A stretch of 63,547 nt of DNA, the filler included, from Saprolegnia diclina VS20 (taxonomy: Eukaryota), in the NCBI RefSeq assembly GCF_000281045.1. It is 5 parts of 2 records of this genome, joined end to end, with 100 filler letters (N's around TTAATTAATTAA, not from the genome) between each part and the next. Parts side by side here need not be neighbours in the genome. Positions count along the whole stretch, not along the records: positions 1 to 13,860 come from NW_008246091.1; positions 13,961 to 28,899 come from NW_008246091.1; 3 more parts are not named here. One strand, 5' to 3'. Within the stretch, counting starts at the first letter, position 1. Each line of letters starts with the position of its first letter. The notes below the pieces were generated by a model. It was not told the DNA's origin. It was given only the letters and a program-made list of their open reading frames with translations, and did no database searches. Positions 12,027 through 24,063 of the stretch are shown one piece after another. The position numbers were made by a program, and so were the translations under genes.

Positions 12027-13860
12027 GTTGGTCGTTGGAGTTGCTTTGGTCGATGCGAGGCAAAAGCAAAAGTGGGTTTTGGATCGGCTTGCGATCACAC
12101 GTTCTATCGACAACGAGGAAGAAGGCGACGAACCGCATCATGGACATGTCGATGACTCCGTGCTAGGAAAAGATACAGGGTGGCAAACTCTATCCATCTG
12201 TGAGGCTGCCACGTGGAAAGCCAGAAGTTCGCCGCGTACACAAGCAGCATACAGTTACTTTGTTCCATGCGATACGCTTGGCGTGTCAGTGCGTGATAAC
12301 GATTGGGAGTGATTGGGAAGGGTGGAGTGCATAGTCAGGAGATATTGAAAGACTGGTATCCAACGGACGCTCCAGTCAGTTCCCACCCATGGGTGACATG
12401 CGTACGGTCTAGTTGTGGTGCTGGAATAAGCGCATACGACCGAGCGCTGTCCAAAGAATTCTGACGACTCAGAACCGCTCGTTTGACACAAGCCACAACG
12501 AGCAGCGAGCGGTCATTCTTGCCACTTGCCTGGGCTTTTGGTTCTCGGAGTGTAGCACGCACAATGGCGCCTGTCGAGTCGGAAGTTGCTTCCTACGGCT
12601 GCAAGATAGTTTTTGTTGATAGTGTTTACGTAGAGTTGCATGGATGGCTCTCCAGTGCTGCAGTACATCAGATCGACATGCAATCAAAGAAATGAGGATC
12701 GTGGACCGCATTCAGAGACTGCGTCTACATGAGCTCTGAAAATATGTGGGTTTAACAACAGAATATGGTCTTACAAAGATGCGTCAAGTGTCTGCCGTCC
12801 TTGTTGCTACCGGGAACGTCAACGTCCCCGCACTATCATGCCAACTCGGAGCCCTCAAGCATGCGAGCTGCATGGCTTCCTGTATGCGCCATCGCACTCG
12901 AATACCGCGCCGAAACCGCACTGGATCTAGCACCATTCTGATTTTCCACGTGGCAAACGGACGTGGCACCACGGCTCTCCCTCGATCTTTTGTGACATTT
13001 TCAATCCTTTTCGAACACTTGGCACGATACCCAGTGTGCTCGGAGTCATCGACATGTCCATGATGCGGTTCGTCGCCTTCTTCCTCGTTGTCGATAGAAC
13101 GTGTGATCGCAAGCCGATCCAAAACCCACTTTTGCTTTTGCCTCGCATCGACCAAAGCAACTCCAACGACCAACATGCAGCTCTTCCGCCTCGTTGCACT
13201 TCTCCCGCTGCTCTTCCTGCTCGAAGACGCGAGCGCGTACCGCAAGACCAAGGCGCCGCCGTCGGGCAATGGCGAAGAGACCAAGTCGATCAAGACGCTG
13301 TACGAAGAGGCGCTCAAGGAAGGCGGCAACCTCGTCGTGTACCACGGCGGCGACACCGCGCAGCAGCAAGACTACGTGGCCGACGCCTTCCGCGCCGCGT
13401 TTCCCAAGATGAACCTCACCATGGTCGTCGACTACAGCAAGTACCACAACGTGCGCATCGACAACCAGCTCGAGACGAATTCGCTTGTCGCGGACGTCGT
13501 TGCGCTCCAGACGCTCAACGACTACCCGCGCTGGAAGAAGCAGGGCAAGCTCCTGCCGTACAAGCCCAACGGTTTCAGTGACGTCTACAAGGGTTTCACG
13601 GACCCGGACGGCAACTGGCTCTCGCACGCGGTCTTTACGTTTAGCTACTTTTACGACGAGGCGCTATTGCAAAAGAAGGGGCTTTCGGCCCCCGCGACGG
13701 CCAAGGACCTCGCCGACCCCAAGTACGCGGGTCTCATCGCGTCCGCGTATCCCCACGACGACGACGCGACCTTGTTTGTCTACGACCGCTACGTCAAGGC
13801 GTACGGCTGGGACTGGGTCAAGAAGCTCGCGGCGCAGCAGATCGAGTTCAAGCGCGGCTC
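11341..13860. repeat. 820-bp inverted duplication (11341..12160 / 13041..13860) with an 880-bp spacer
   Basis: The arms are reverse complements: gatgactccg ends at 12160 and cggagtcatc starts at 13041. Only three substitutions were noticed by eye. Confidence 0.93.
13175..13860 (+). CDS. Secreted solute-binding protein, copy B (truncated by assembly gap)
   Basis: Protein matches copy A except GNDEE vs GNGEE. The ORF runs into the N-gap at 13861. Confidence 0.85.
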
Positions 13861-13904
13861 NNNNNNNNNNNNNNNNNNNNNNNNNNNNNNNNNNNNNNNN
13901 NNNN

Positions 13905-13916
13905 TTAATTAATTAA
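13905..13916. other. Artificial scaffolding linker TTAATTAATTAA inside a 100-bp gap (also at 28944, 44584 and 57748)
   Basis: The same palindromic 12-mer, with stops in all six frames, is centred in four N-runs. Confidence 0.95.
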
Positions 13917-13960
13917 NNNNNNNNNNNNNNNNNNNNNNNNNNNNNNNNNNNNNNNNNNNN

Positions 13961-14267
13961 CATGACATATCTTGCAGTTATTCTGGCTGCTCGTGACAGT
14001 AATCGTCTTGAACAATGGAAGCGCTGTCGCGAAGACACTGGTATAGGCTTCGTCCGGGCCGGCAATGTGGGCCGTGGGCCAGAGTGGCAGCTCCACGTCC
14101 ATGGCCAAGAGCGTCCGTAGCGCGTCGAGCGCGTCATCAAGGCTGTCATTGGGCGCCGCTTGAAGAAATGCGTGTGCGTCATCGGCGTCGTCGAGGTAGT
14201 GCAGAATCTGCAGCGCGATCGGCGGTAGCAGCCATGGCGCCGATGTCGATCGGTTGTCCGCCGTCAT
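13961..14267 (-). CDS. F-box-like/LRR-like family member, 5' part (truncated by gap)
   Basis: MTADNRSTSAPWLLPPIALQILHYLDDADDAHAFL...LPLWPTAHI, closely matching the gene at 15655. Confidence 0.75.
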
Positions 14268-14329
14268 CTTGTGCTCGCGCAAATGAAATCCGGATACCAC
14301 GTTGTGAAGGAAGGTTCCTCGAGTGTTCC

Positions 14330-14474
14330 TCACGGTGTTTTGCCGTGAAAAACACGTGAAATGCACCGTGCGTCATGTTGCGATATGCGATCGTGAGCTG
14401 ATGCTGCCGTCCATATGCTTCCAGCGCGGTGGACTCGGAACGATCTTCTCCAAGGATACACAGCGCCAAATTCA
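14330..14474 (-). pseudogene. 3' fragment of another F-box-like/LRR-like family member
   Basis: ESTALEAYGRQHQLTIAYR matches the C-termini DEALEAYGRQHHFAIVHR (15655 gene) and DTALEAYGREQRLRIIYR (17817 gene). Confidence 0.6.
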
Positions 14475-14768
14475 NNNNNNNNNNNNNNNNNNNNNNNNNN
14501 NNNNNNNNNNNNNNNNNNNNNNNNNNNNNNNNNNNNNNNNNNNNNNNNNNNNNNNNNNNNNNNNNNNNNNNNNNTGGTGATCTACAGCAACCTCAAGAAG
14601 CTGATGCAGCTGCGAGCAAAATGCAGTGGGGGATGGTTCGAACTGAGTACCAATCGACAACTGCAATGGCGCCAAAACGTAAGCGACACTGCTTCTAAAG
14701 GCACCAACCCGCTCCCCAGCGATCGCGTGCTTATATTTGCCGCCATGTCCTGGAATTTGGTAGCCAGA

Positions 14769-15177
14769 CTCGACGGCGCTGCCGACCGATTCCTGGACGT
14801 CGAGGACTTGACGCCCGCCGCACGCGCGGCCTCGCCCATGCAGCCGACGACGACGAATTGGTCGACGCGAACTCGCTCTGCGTGATCTCGTCATGCGTAG
14901 ACAGGACTGCTGAGCGCTCGACGACGGTCAAGCGCCCTCTGGCGAGCTTGGCACATGACGAAATGCAGCAGTCGACTGAGGCCGCATGAAGGTGTCAAGC
15001 TCGCCAGAAGGCGCTTGCCCGTCGTCGATCGGTTGGCAGCCCCGTCTACGCATGACGAGATCACGCAGAGCGAGTTCGCGTCGACCAATTCGTCGTCGTC
15101 GGCTGCAAGGGCGAGGCCGCGCGTGCGGCCGGCGTCAAGTCCTCGACGTCCAGGAATCGGTCGGCAGCGCCGTCGAG
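14769..15177. repeat. Fold-back with 186-bp arms (14769..14954 / 14992..15177) and a 37-nt loop
   Basis: ctcgacggcgctgccgaccgattcc...ggcgagcttggcac is the reverse complement of gtgtcaagctcgcc...ggaatcggtcggcagcgccgtcgag. Substitutions only, no indels seen. Confidence 0.93.
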
Positions 15178-15654
15178 CGTGGTCGGCGACTACCAGTTTG
15201 TGTGCTAGGTTATGCGCGCTTCGCCAAAGACCCACGGCGACGACAACGACGAGTCGGCCTCTTTCAAGCAGCTCGCGACAGGACTCGCAACGAAGTCGCC
15301 AAGTGCGAAACTGCAAGCAATGGCGCGAGCAGAGCGAGACTGTAGAGCTCTAATAAGAGCGTCTTCCAGCATGTTGAAGCAAAACTCACATTTTCACGTC
15401 AAAGGCGAAAACGTCGACGGGAAGGAAAACACACATGCGAGAAATTCGTTCATTGAGTGAATCTCACGTGTTTGACGCGTTTCCCGCCGCCTTTTTTTGG
15501 GCGGGAACGTGTCAACCGCTGGATTCTCACGTTTCCCACTGCACCTTAACCTTAATTTGCACAAATGACCGTGCAGTGGGAAACACGTGGGAAATGTGTT
15601 GAAAGCCAGTGTTTTGCATATTTTCACGATTCCCACCGGCTGACAATTTTTGAC

Positions 15655-17316
15655 ATGACGACCGACCACCGAGCGCCAATGTGGCTGCTATCGCCGATCG
15701 CGCTGCAGATTCTGGACTACCTCGACGACGCCGATGACGCACACGCCTTTCTTACAGCGGCGCCCAATGAAAGCCTCGATGACGCTCTCGACGCGCTGCG
15801 AGCGCTCTTGGCCGTGGACGCGGAGCTTCCACTCTGGCCCACGGCCCACATTGCCAGTCTGGACGCAGCCTACGACGTCAGTCCCAGTAGCGTCATGAAG
15901 GCGCTTCCGCTGTTCAGGAAGATTTTTGTCACCTGCGGCCAGGACTATGCAAAGATATGTCATACCACGAAGCTGCCACCAACGACAATCGTAAGCGCCA
16001 GCATCGACGCCGCCATGATTCGAGGCGTCCTGGGCAAGTGGCTTCCAAACCTCGCGGCTCTTAGAATCGTGAGCCAATCCGCTCTGGCTGCTTCAGCGGT
16101 TATCAAGGACAACCTCTCGGCGTGCGACGGCCTCCAAGCGCTCACTATGGACCAATACGAGGTGCTTCTTCAAGACACGTTGGATACGGCGCTGGCTGTA
16201 GTCGTTGAAGCGTGCCCTCGCCTCGAGCGCGTCCGCCTCCGTCCATCTAGCCTCTCGACCGCCTCGGACTACGCGGCCCTTCTCGCATGGCTGGCGCTGC
16301 CCACATCACGCCACATGGCGCTCGATCGAACCGAACCGAAAGGCGAGCTCTGTGCAAAGCTGATGACAGCCATGTTAGCATCAACTACGCTGGAGACGAT
16401 CGAGCTGCTCGAAGTGCCAATCTTCATACGCGCAGTATTGAGTTCGTCGTCGCCGCCGCTGCCGCGGCAGCTGCGTCACCTAACGATCAAGGACGATGCA
16501 AAGTACGACGACTACGATTCGTACGACGAGTACGATTCGAATGACGACGACAGTGATGACGCGTATGACGAAGCCGATATCGACGAGGTTGACGACGTAC
16601 CCATGGATCCCGCACCGCTTCTTGGCGACGCCGACGTCGCTGCCCTCGCAGCCAAAGTTGCGACATCACGTCTTCAGAGTCTGGCGCTGCATCTCGAAGC
16701 GCGCTGCGATGTCACGTCGGTGATGACCATCTTGCCGCCGACGTTGACCAAACTCGCGCTCCAGACGGCGACACTTACCTCGTTTCCGCCGCTGGTTTCG
16801 CTCTGGCACCTCGAGCTCTGGGCGGTGCGATTCTCCGACGAGGCCATCGCGTCGCTAGCAGCGTGGCTGCGCTCGTTCCCAAAGCTGGTACATCTCACCC
16901 TTCGCAGCGACCAGCTTCCAGATCGCCAAACCGAGGTGATCTTGAGTGCGCTGCCCGCATGGCTGCGGCATCGAGGGACAGCTTGCAGCATCCATCTTAC
17001 TATCAAGAGCGATGCGTGCGTCCGAGCGTTTACAGCTGCCCTCGCTCAGACTCGCAATTCCCACAAGGTCACGCTATCGATTGAAACCTATTACGTCGCG
17101 CTAGAAACAAAGAAGCAACTTGTTGCGGCGCTGGGGTTGACGTCGCGTATGATGCTGGCCTTTAATGGGACAAAACCGCCCGAAGACGAAGCGCTGGAAG
17201 CCTATGGTCGGCAGCATCATTTCGCGATTGTACATCGTCGCGAGTACCCGCTAGGGCCCCAACGAGTCTGGTTCCTCTCGCCTCCGCGAGCTTCTAGTCC
17301 ATCGACAATTTACTAG
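15655..17316 (+). CDS. F-box-like/LRR (RNI-like) family protein, intact, with an acidic insertion
   Basis: N-terminal WLLSPIALQILDYLDDADDAHAFL, followed by LxxLxL repeats (CPRLERVRL, TLETIELL, LRHLTI, LTKLAL, LVHLTL). Intronless. Confidence 0.8.
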   Translation: MTTDHRAPMWLLSPIALQILDYLDDADDAHAFLTAAPNESLDDALDALRALLAVDAELPLWPTAHIASLDAAYDVSPSSVMKALPLFRKIFVTCGQDYAKICHTTKLPPTTIVSASIDAAMIRGVLGKWLPNLAALRIVSQSALAASAVIKDNLSACDGLQALTMDQYEVLLQDTLDTALAVVVEACPRLERVRLRPSSLSTASDYAALLAWLALPTSRHMALDRTEPKGELCAKLMTAMLASTTLETIELLEVPIFIRAVLSSSSPPLPRQLRHLTIKDDAKYDDYDSYDEYDSNDDDSDDAYDEADIDEVDDVPMDPAPLLGDADVAALAAKVATSRLQSLALHLEARCDVTSVMTILPPTLTKLALQTATLTSFPPLVSLWHLELWAVRFSDEAIASLAAWLRSFPKLVHLTLRSDQLPDRQTEVILSALPAWLRHRGTACSIHLTIKSDACVRAFTAALAQTRNSHKVTLSIETYYVALETKKQLVAALGLTSRMMLAFNGTKPPEDEALEAYGRQHHFAIVHRREYPLGPQRVWFLSPPRASSPSTIY

Positions 17317-17545
17317 CTTGGCGTCTAGCAGCCATGCGTTCTAGTACGGGCGATATTACATAAATAAATATTGATTTCTATGCGTTCACGGCCCTTGTTG
17401 CAACCTCACTCGTTAAGCGGATTGGGATGAGACCATTTTTCCAAGGTTGGCTCATTCCTCATGCCCAAAAGAACAACCAAATGAAACTGTGTCGGGCGCC
17501 AGCGTTTCCACATTTGTTCATTTTCCACGGCTCATTAATTTGGAA

Positions 17546-17708
17546 ATGACCACCGACAACCGAGCGGCAAAGTGGTTGCTGCCGCCGATCGCGCTGTAGA
17601 TTCTGCACTACCTCGACGACGCCGATGACGCACGCCTTTCTTACAGCGGCGCCAATGGCAGCTTCGCTGCCGCGCTCGACGCGCTACAGACGCGAATGGC
17701 GCTTCCTT
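17546..17708 (+). pseudogene. Short 5' relic of an F-box-like/LRR gene
   Basis: MTTDNRAAKWLLPPIAL* with TAG at 17597 replacing Q, followed by a frameshift and deletions relative to the 15655 gene. Confidence 0.8.
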
Positions 17709-17816
17709 TTTTGGTGCATTTGCTTGTCAAGTGTGGGAAATGTGTAAAAAGCACCGAGCACCGTGTGTTGCATGTTTTACACATTTTCCACCCAAGATAA
17801 CACACAACACATTTTG

Positions 17817-19367
17817 ATGACCGACAACCAAACGGCAATGTGGCTGCCGCCGATCGCGCTGCAGATTCTGCACTTCCTCGACGACGCCGATGACGCGTAT
17901 GCTTTTCTCCAAGCCGAACCCAATGAGATCCTCGATGACGCGCTCAACGCGCTCCGGACGCTCTTGGCTATGGACTTGCAGTTTCAGCTATGGCCCACGC
18001 CGGTCTGGCAGTGGCCTACGACGTCAGTCCCAGCGTCGTCACAAGGGCGCTTCCAGCGTTCAAGAGGATTGAAGTCACCAGCAGCCAAGACTGTTGGAGC
18101 ATTTGCCACAACACGGTCCTGCCACCAACGACCGTCGTGAGTGCTGAACGTGACCACCGTCCGTGGCGTCCTCGGCAATTGGCTTCCCAACCTCGCAGAT
18201 CTCGGGGTCTTGAGTCCAAACAAACTGAGCTTTACAAGTGTCTTCATGGACAACGTCTCGGCATGCCATGGCCTCCGTGCGCTCACCAGCCATCCAATGG
18301 AGACCCTCGACCAAGCCACGTTTGACGCTGCGCTAACGGCTGTCGTCGCTACGTGGCCCCAGCTCGAGCGTATCCACTTGGTTTCACCCAGCCTCTCGCA
18401 CATGTCGGACTGCCAATCTCTTCTCGCGTGGCTTGCGCTGCCTGCGGCACGCGATCTCGTGCTGCATGGTACCGACTTTCGAGACGAGCTCGGCGCCAAG
18501 CTGGCGACGGCCATGCTCACGTCGAGGACCCTCGAGACAATCGAGCTAATTGAAGTCGCGAGCCTCACACGCGCGGTTTTGAGCCCATCGTCGCCGCCAC
18601 TGCCGCAACAACTGCGTCACCTGAAGATCGACGACCACATGCTGATGGAATTTTTTGCACCACCACCGGTGTTTGGCGAAGCAGATATGACCGCGCTCAC
18701 CGCCAAGATTACGAATTCGCACCTTGAAAGTTTGCATCTGGGGATGCGAACCCGCTGTGATGCCACGTCAGTGCTCAGCGTCTTACCACAGCTGCCGGCG
18801 CTGACCAAACTCGCGCTTCAGGGAGTCCATCTGACCTCGTTTCCACCACTGCGCCACCTCGGGCATCTTGAGCTGCGCACGGTGACCTTCTCGGACACTG
18901 CCATCGAGTCGCTGGCTGCGTTTCTTGGGTCGTCGCCAAAGCTCGTGCAGCTGGATCTGGGACACGACCCGCTCCCAGATCCACACGCCAACATCGTCTT
19001 TGGTGCGCTACCGCAATGGCTCAGTCGTCGAGGTACGGCGTGCGAGATACGCCTTGCGATCACGAGCGATGTATGCGCGGATGCTTTTGCGACGGCGCTC
19101 GCTCAGACGCGCAATTCGCACAAGGTCACGATTACGATTGTGAGTGCTATTCTCTCGCTTGCCGCCATGATGCAGCTTGTCGCGGCGTTGGCGTCGACGT
19201 CGCGGTTGGCGCTGGTCTTTAATAGGGGAGGCCTTCGTCGTGCCGAAGAGGACACGGCACTGGAAGCGTATGGTCGCGAGCAGCGTCTCCGGATCATCTA
19301 TCGCAAGGTGCGCCCTGGTAGCGACAAGCAGACCTGGTTCCACCCGCCCTGCGCTTCGGCTCGTTAA
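17817..19367 (+). pseudogene. F-box-like/LRR family member with two frameshifts near 18000 and 18140
   Basis: Homology to the 15655 gene is spread over ORFs 17763, 17990 and 18141. The final 408 codons are open. Sequencing error cannot be excluded. Confidence 0.7.
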
Positions 19368-19549
19368 GATGATCAATACCTCAACGATCATAACCCAACA
19401 CCTTGATTCGTATCATTGTCATTGTGTCGCCATGTCTTTGAGATAGATATACTTGAAGGCGTCCTTTGACCCCCGAAAAGTCATTTTTGGTCTAGTACAG
19501 TGTGCTACACAACGTGGTCAACAAAACAAATGACCTTGCGATTTTTTAT

Positions 19550-20593
19550 TTACTCGTCGTCGTCCTCCTCACCATCGTCATCCTCCTCCTCATCGTCATC
19601 TTCCGATTCGGAGAGCTCGCCCTCAACAATGCACGAGTCCTTGAGGAGCAAGCAGTCGACCGACGAGCCGGCCGCGGCGCCGCGGAGTGTCGTTGGCAAT
19701 GTGACTTGAATGATGTAGTCTTCTTCACCGCTGTTGATGCCCCATCGATGGAACTTTGTCGGCTCCGTGGCGCCATAGATTTGGAGTAGCGCCTGCTCCG
19801 TGTTTTTCGTGCGCAGGGCGAGCGGCGCAACCGCGGCCGACGTGAGCTTCAAGCCAGCCGCGACAGTTGCATCCATCCGCTCCGACTGAATCGGGACGTG
19901 GTCGACCCAAATGTTGACAAGGAACGTCACGCGCAGGCCCTCGACGTCTTCGTCAACTTCCGGAAACGCCAGCGACGACGGCGCGCCGTGGAGAAGCTCG
20001 CCGTCAAACGTAATGTGCTTGCCCGCGACTGGTCGGCTCACAATGCACTTGGTGAGCGGTCCTTCGATCGAAGTGCCGTACGCAAATGTCCCGCGCTTGT
20101 CGAGGATGACGGTCGGGCCGGCGTTCACGCAGAGGTACGTGACCGTGCCGACGAGCGGGTGGACGTGCTCCTCGTTGTCTTCTTCCATGCCGTAGTCACG
20201 GTCCCAATGGAAGCCAATGTTGTCGCGGTGGTCAATGTGCTGCGTCCACCACTCGGCACCCGAGTTGGCCGGGTCAAAGCTCAGGCCGTCGGTGTGCAGC
20301 GCAAAGATCTTTAGCGCCAGCGCCTCCATGCCGCAGGTCGGCGTGTCGTTCGCACGGACAAAAAAGGTCGAGCCAAGGCTGTAGTTTTCGCCGTCTTCGA
20401 CCTCGCGGCAGGTAAAGCACGTCTTGCAGTCGTCGAGGAGGCGGTCGTGGTCGGCCGGCGCGAGGTCGCCAAGGAGGTCTTGGAAGCACTTGAACTTCAT
20501 CTCTGCCCCAAGGTCGGTGCCTTGCGCGGGCGTCGTCTTCTTCTTCTTGGACGCCGTGGTCTTGGTGGAGCTTGCGGCGCGCTTGCTCGGCAT
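19550..20593 (-). CDS. Putative 2OG-Fe(II) oxygenase-fold protein with a basic N-terminus and acidic tail
   Basis: GFHWDRD (HxD), TVTYL, FDGELLHGA (distal H) and RVTFLVNIW (2OG-binding R) occur in the expected order. Confidence 0.65.
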   Translation of the reverse strand: MPSKRAASSTKTTASKKKKTTPAQGTDLGAEMKFKCFQDLLGDLAPADHDRLLDDCKTCFTCREVEDGENYSLGSTFFVRANDTPTCGMEALALKIFALHTDGLSFDPANSGAEWWTQHIDHRDNIGFHWDRDYGMEEDNEEHVHPLVGTVTYLCVNAGPTVILDKRGTFAYGTSIEGPLTKCIVSRPVAGKHITFDGELLHGAPSSLAFPEVDEDVEGLRVTFLVNIWVDHVPIQSERMDATVAAGLKLTSAAVAPLALRTKNTEQALLQIYGATEPTKFHRWGINSGEEDYIIQVTLPTTLRGAAAGSSVDCLLLKDSCIVEGELSESEDDDEEEDDDGEEDDDE

Positions 20594-21439
20594 GCTCTGC
20601 TTGCTTGGTGGTTGAGGTTGCACTTTCTGGTGGCAGTATTGCACCGCCCGTGTTTATGCACCAATCACCGCGGCGACTCAACGGCATCGGCCGTTTGATT
20701 GGCCCAGTAAACATGGCTCTTTGTGGCGTTATGCCAACATTAGCACGTTATCTACGGCGCCGCGGCCCTCGTGTATAGTTTTTTAAATGCAAAGAAAAAG
20801 TGACTTGGCCTCCACGCGGCGAAATAAAAGAAGGCGGACGCTAGCCGCACGCAATTTTGGCGCGAACACACTGCCGCACCGCGGTGGCTGCCTGGGTGAC
20901 ACGAGGCCCTGCGCCATCCTTTAGCCAGCAATTTATGCTGGCCGTCGAGATACTACCCCTCGTCCGACATCTCGCCATGTACAGTACTCGTACGCTCCCA
21001 TAGTATCGACATCCAGGCAGTCTCCTCCCGTCACACCACCGTCAAGATCCAGCTCGTTGGAATCGTCACGTTCGCGGTGACAGCAGTGCGTCACCTCGAT
21101 TCCCACAGTCGTCATGCTAAAGCTCCTGCAACTGTGAACCGTAAAGCTATCCTGGCTCTTCTCTCGCTCGTGTGAAAGCTGCAGGCCGCCAATTTTGCGC
21201 CATGCCCTTCTTGACCTCCATGGTGCCCTGCTTTGATGGATGACAAGGCAGATGCATTACGCGTGTGTTGTCTCGTCGTGGTAGGACTCTTACCACGAGT
21301 CCTAGAAGGAGGGGTCGAGGAGGCCAGTTGCGACTCTGCCGGTAAAAGCGGCGCCAAATTGCGTGCGAATAGACTTGCGATAATAATAATAAAGGCAGTG
21401 GTCCCCGGGTTGTTTCACTTGCGTCTATCTTCGGCGAGC

Positions 21440-23306
21440 ATGATGGAGCCGGCCTCGGAACCGCCGGCGACGGCCGACCGGACCTCGACGACGTCGGCGC
21501 CGGGCGAAGATGGCATGTACGTCACGCGGAAGCGGTCGGCCTTCTCCAAGTGGCTGCACGGCAAGGGTATCTCGTCGTCGGCCAAGCACCCGGCGCCCGT
21601 CTTCCGGTCGGCCGACGTCATCCAGGAAGGCTACATGCTCAAGCAAGGGACGCGCTTCCGCATGTGGACGAAGCGGTACTTTATCTTGCGTCTCGAAGAG
21701 AAGCACATGACGCTCGGCTATTACACGTCCAAGGAAGAGCTCATCTTGTGCTCCGAGACGCCGATCGGACCGGGCCATGCGCTGCTCGATCTGACCAAGG
21801 AAGGTCGATTCCGCTTGGAGCTGCGGAGCGGGACGCGCTCGATGGTGGTCGAGATCGAGCTCGAGGCCGACTATGTCAAGTGGAAGAACGCGCTCCAGGA
21901 AGCGGTCCGATGGCACCAGACCATGGTCTTTGACGGCGCCAACAAGGTCACGTCGTATGGCAAAAAGTGCATCGACGACGAAGCCGCGGAGGCCGAAGCG
22001 CGCCTTGCAGCCGCCAAGAAGCAGCGCGAGACGGCCGCCAAGAAGGTCGAGGACGCGGCGACGGCCAACGCCAACAAGCCCAAGTTCCTCCCCTCGACGC
22101 GCAAGGGCCATCAGTGCTTTACAGTCTCCAACACGAAATTCGAGATCCCGCTCAGATACACGTACGCCAAGACGATTGGGTCGGGCGCCTACGGCGTCGT
22201 GATTGCAGCCGAAGCGGACGGGGCGCCGCCGTCCGACGCCGAAGGCGCGTCGAACCTCGTCGCGATCAAGAACATTCAACGCGCGTTCGACGACCTCACG
22301 GACGCCAAGCGCATCGTGCGCGAGATCAAGCTCATGCGCCATTTGCAGCACAAGTCGCTGCTTGGGATCAATGACATTCTCGAGCCCGTGAGCTTGGACG
22401 CGTTCGAAGACGTCTACATTGTCTCGGAGTGCATGGCCACCGACCTCCACCGCGTCATCTACTCGCGCCACGCGCTCTCGGACGAGCACATTTGCTTTTT
22501 TTTGTACCAGATGCTGGCTGCGCTCAAGTACGTTCACTCAGCCAACGTGATTCATCGCGATCTCAAGCCGAGCAACATTCTGGTCAATGCAAACTGCGAG
22601 CTCAAGATTTGCGACTTTGGCCTCGCGCGCGGCGTCCAAGAAGACTTGGAGCTCACGGAATATGTCGTGACGCGCTGGTACCGCGCGCCCGAGATCATGC
22701 TCGGCTGCATCAAGTACACGCACCACGTCGACGTGTGGAGTCTCGGCTGCATCTTTGCCGAGATGCTGAGCCGCAAGCCGCTCTTTCCTGGCCAAGACTA
22801 CATTGACCAATTGCATTTGATCATGAACGCGCTCGGTGTGCCGACCGACGACGAGCTCTACTTTGTCACCAACATGCGCGCCCGCAAGTTTATGAACACC
22901 GAGTACCACACGCGGGTATGTCGTCCACGATCTTCCATGTCAAACGGCGACTCAAATGCGAGGGTGCTAGGGCCGGGAACCGCTCAAGCCATTGAAAGCG
23001 CTATTTGCCGACATTGCCCCGGACGCCCTCGACTTGCTCGAGAAGATGCTCGTGCTCGACCCAAACAAGCGCATCCGCGTCGACGATGCGCTCGCACACC
23101 CGTACTTTGCGTCGATTCGTCAAGTTGAGGACGAGACGGTCGCGCCGTCCGTGTTTGACTTTGACTTTGAGAAGGAAGACCTCAACAAGCGGAGGCTGCA
23201 GGAGCTCATTTGGGCCGAGATGCGCCATTTTCATCCGGCGCCGCCAGGTGTCGACGAACCGTTCCTCCACAAGACCAACAAGGACGACGAGAAGGCGGCC
23301 ATGTAG
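21440..23306 (+). CDS. PH-domain-containing MAP kinase (TEY), intron 22916..22970
   Basis: PH domain EGYMLKQG..WTKRYFIL..W. Kinase motifs IGSGAYGVV, VAIK, HRDLKPSN, DFGLAR and TEYVVTRWYRAPE. Removing the gtatg..ctag intron joins ORFs 21233 and 22992 in frame. Confidence 0.93.
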
Positions 23307-24063
23307 CCGCCATTTCAAACATTGGTGTAACACTACGCGTATACAAGGCTTTATTTCCGTCTTCGGAGTGTTTTCGTTGGCGCGAAGTCGAGATTTGAGA
23401 ATTCGGACGCGAAGACTGTCACACCAGCCTTTGGCCGTCAATGAAGATGACCGAATAGATGTGAATCGCTCAACCTTGGGCATATACTAGTATATACCCT
23501 TGGAAGGTATGCAATCATGACGGGCGACAGCGACGACGTGACGTTGAGGTTGGCGTCGTTTGACGGTTGGCAGTATTGCCAAGTCAATCGTGTGTGTACT
23601 TGCTGTAGGTCCTCAAGTTGATTTCTCAAAACCAAGGGACCAAAAACCATGGTCTTGAGGTATACTGTCGTGGACTGGCACTTGACCGCGAGAGCTCACC
23701 GCGAGTGGGCTTTCGATTACCGAGGACGCAGTACCACCAAGCGTATAGACTGTGCAGAGTCAAGCACAGCAGGCTTATTGGCTCGTGTACTTTGGTCTTT
23801 TGTTAGTTGGTCCTTCAAACAGAATGTCTACCGGGTATTGCGTGAGGTCGAACTCGCAAAGCGGCAAGGTTGATACTTTTGCCGTCCGTCTACTTGATAC
23901 ATAAAGCGAAGATCGAAGGACCTCATTGATGTTCTCCATCATGTGATTTGCTGAAATACCTGTAGTTTCGACCAATCCAAATGGGTAGATAGCAGTGTCC
24001 TTCAATGGCGCGATGCCATTGGCTGAAAAGCGCACAGTTCGATTTACCGACTAAACGTCCAGG

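Noticed and set aside
10908..13860. Bacterial contamination as the source of the solute-binding protein genes
   Set aside because: They are on the same gap-free contig as the intron-rich Sec6 gene, have similar codon style, and have no operon partners.
21425..22537. Long antisense ORFs opposite real genes (also 29466-30605, 32389-33396 and 61385-62224)
   Set aside because: Shadow ORFs expected from GC-rich codon usage; no recognisable motifs.
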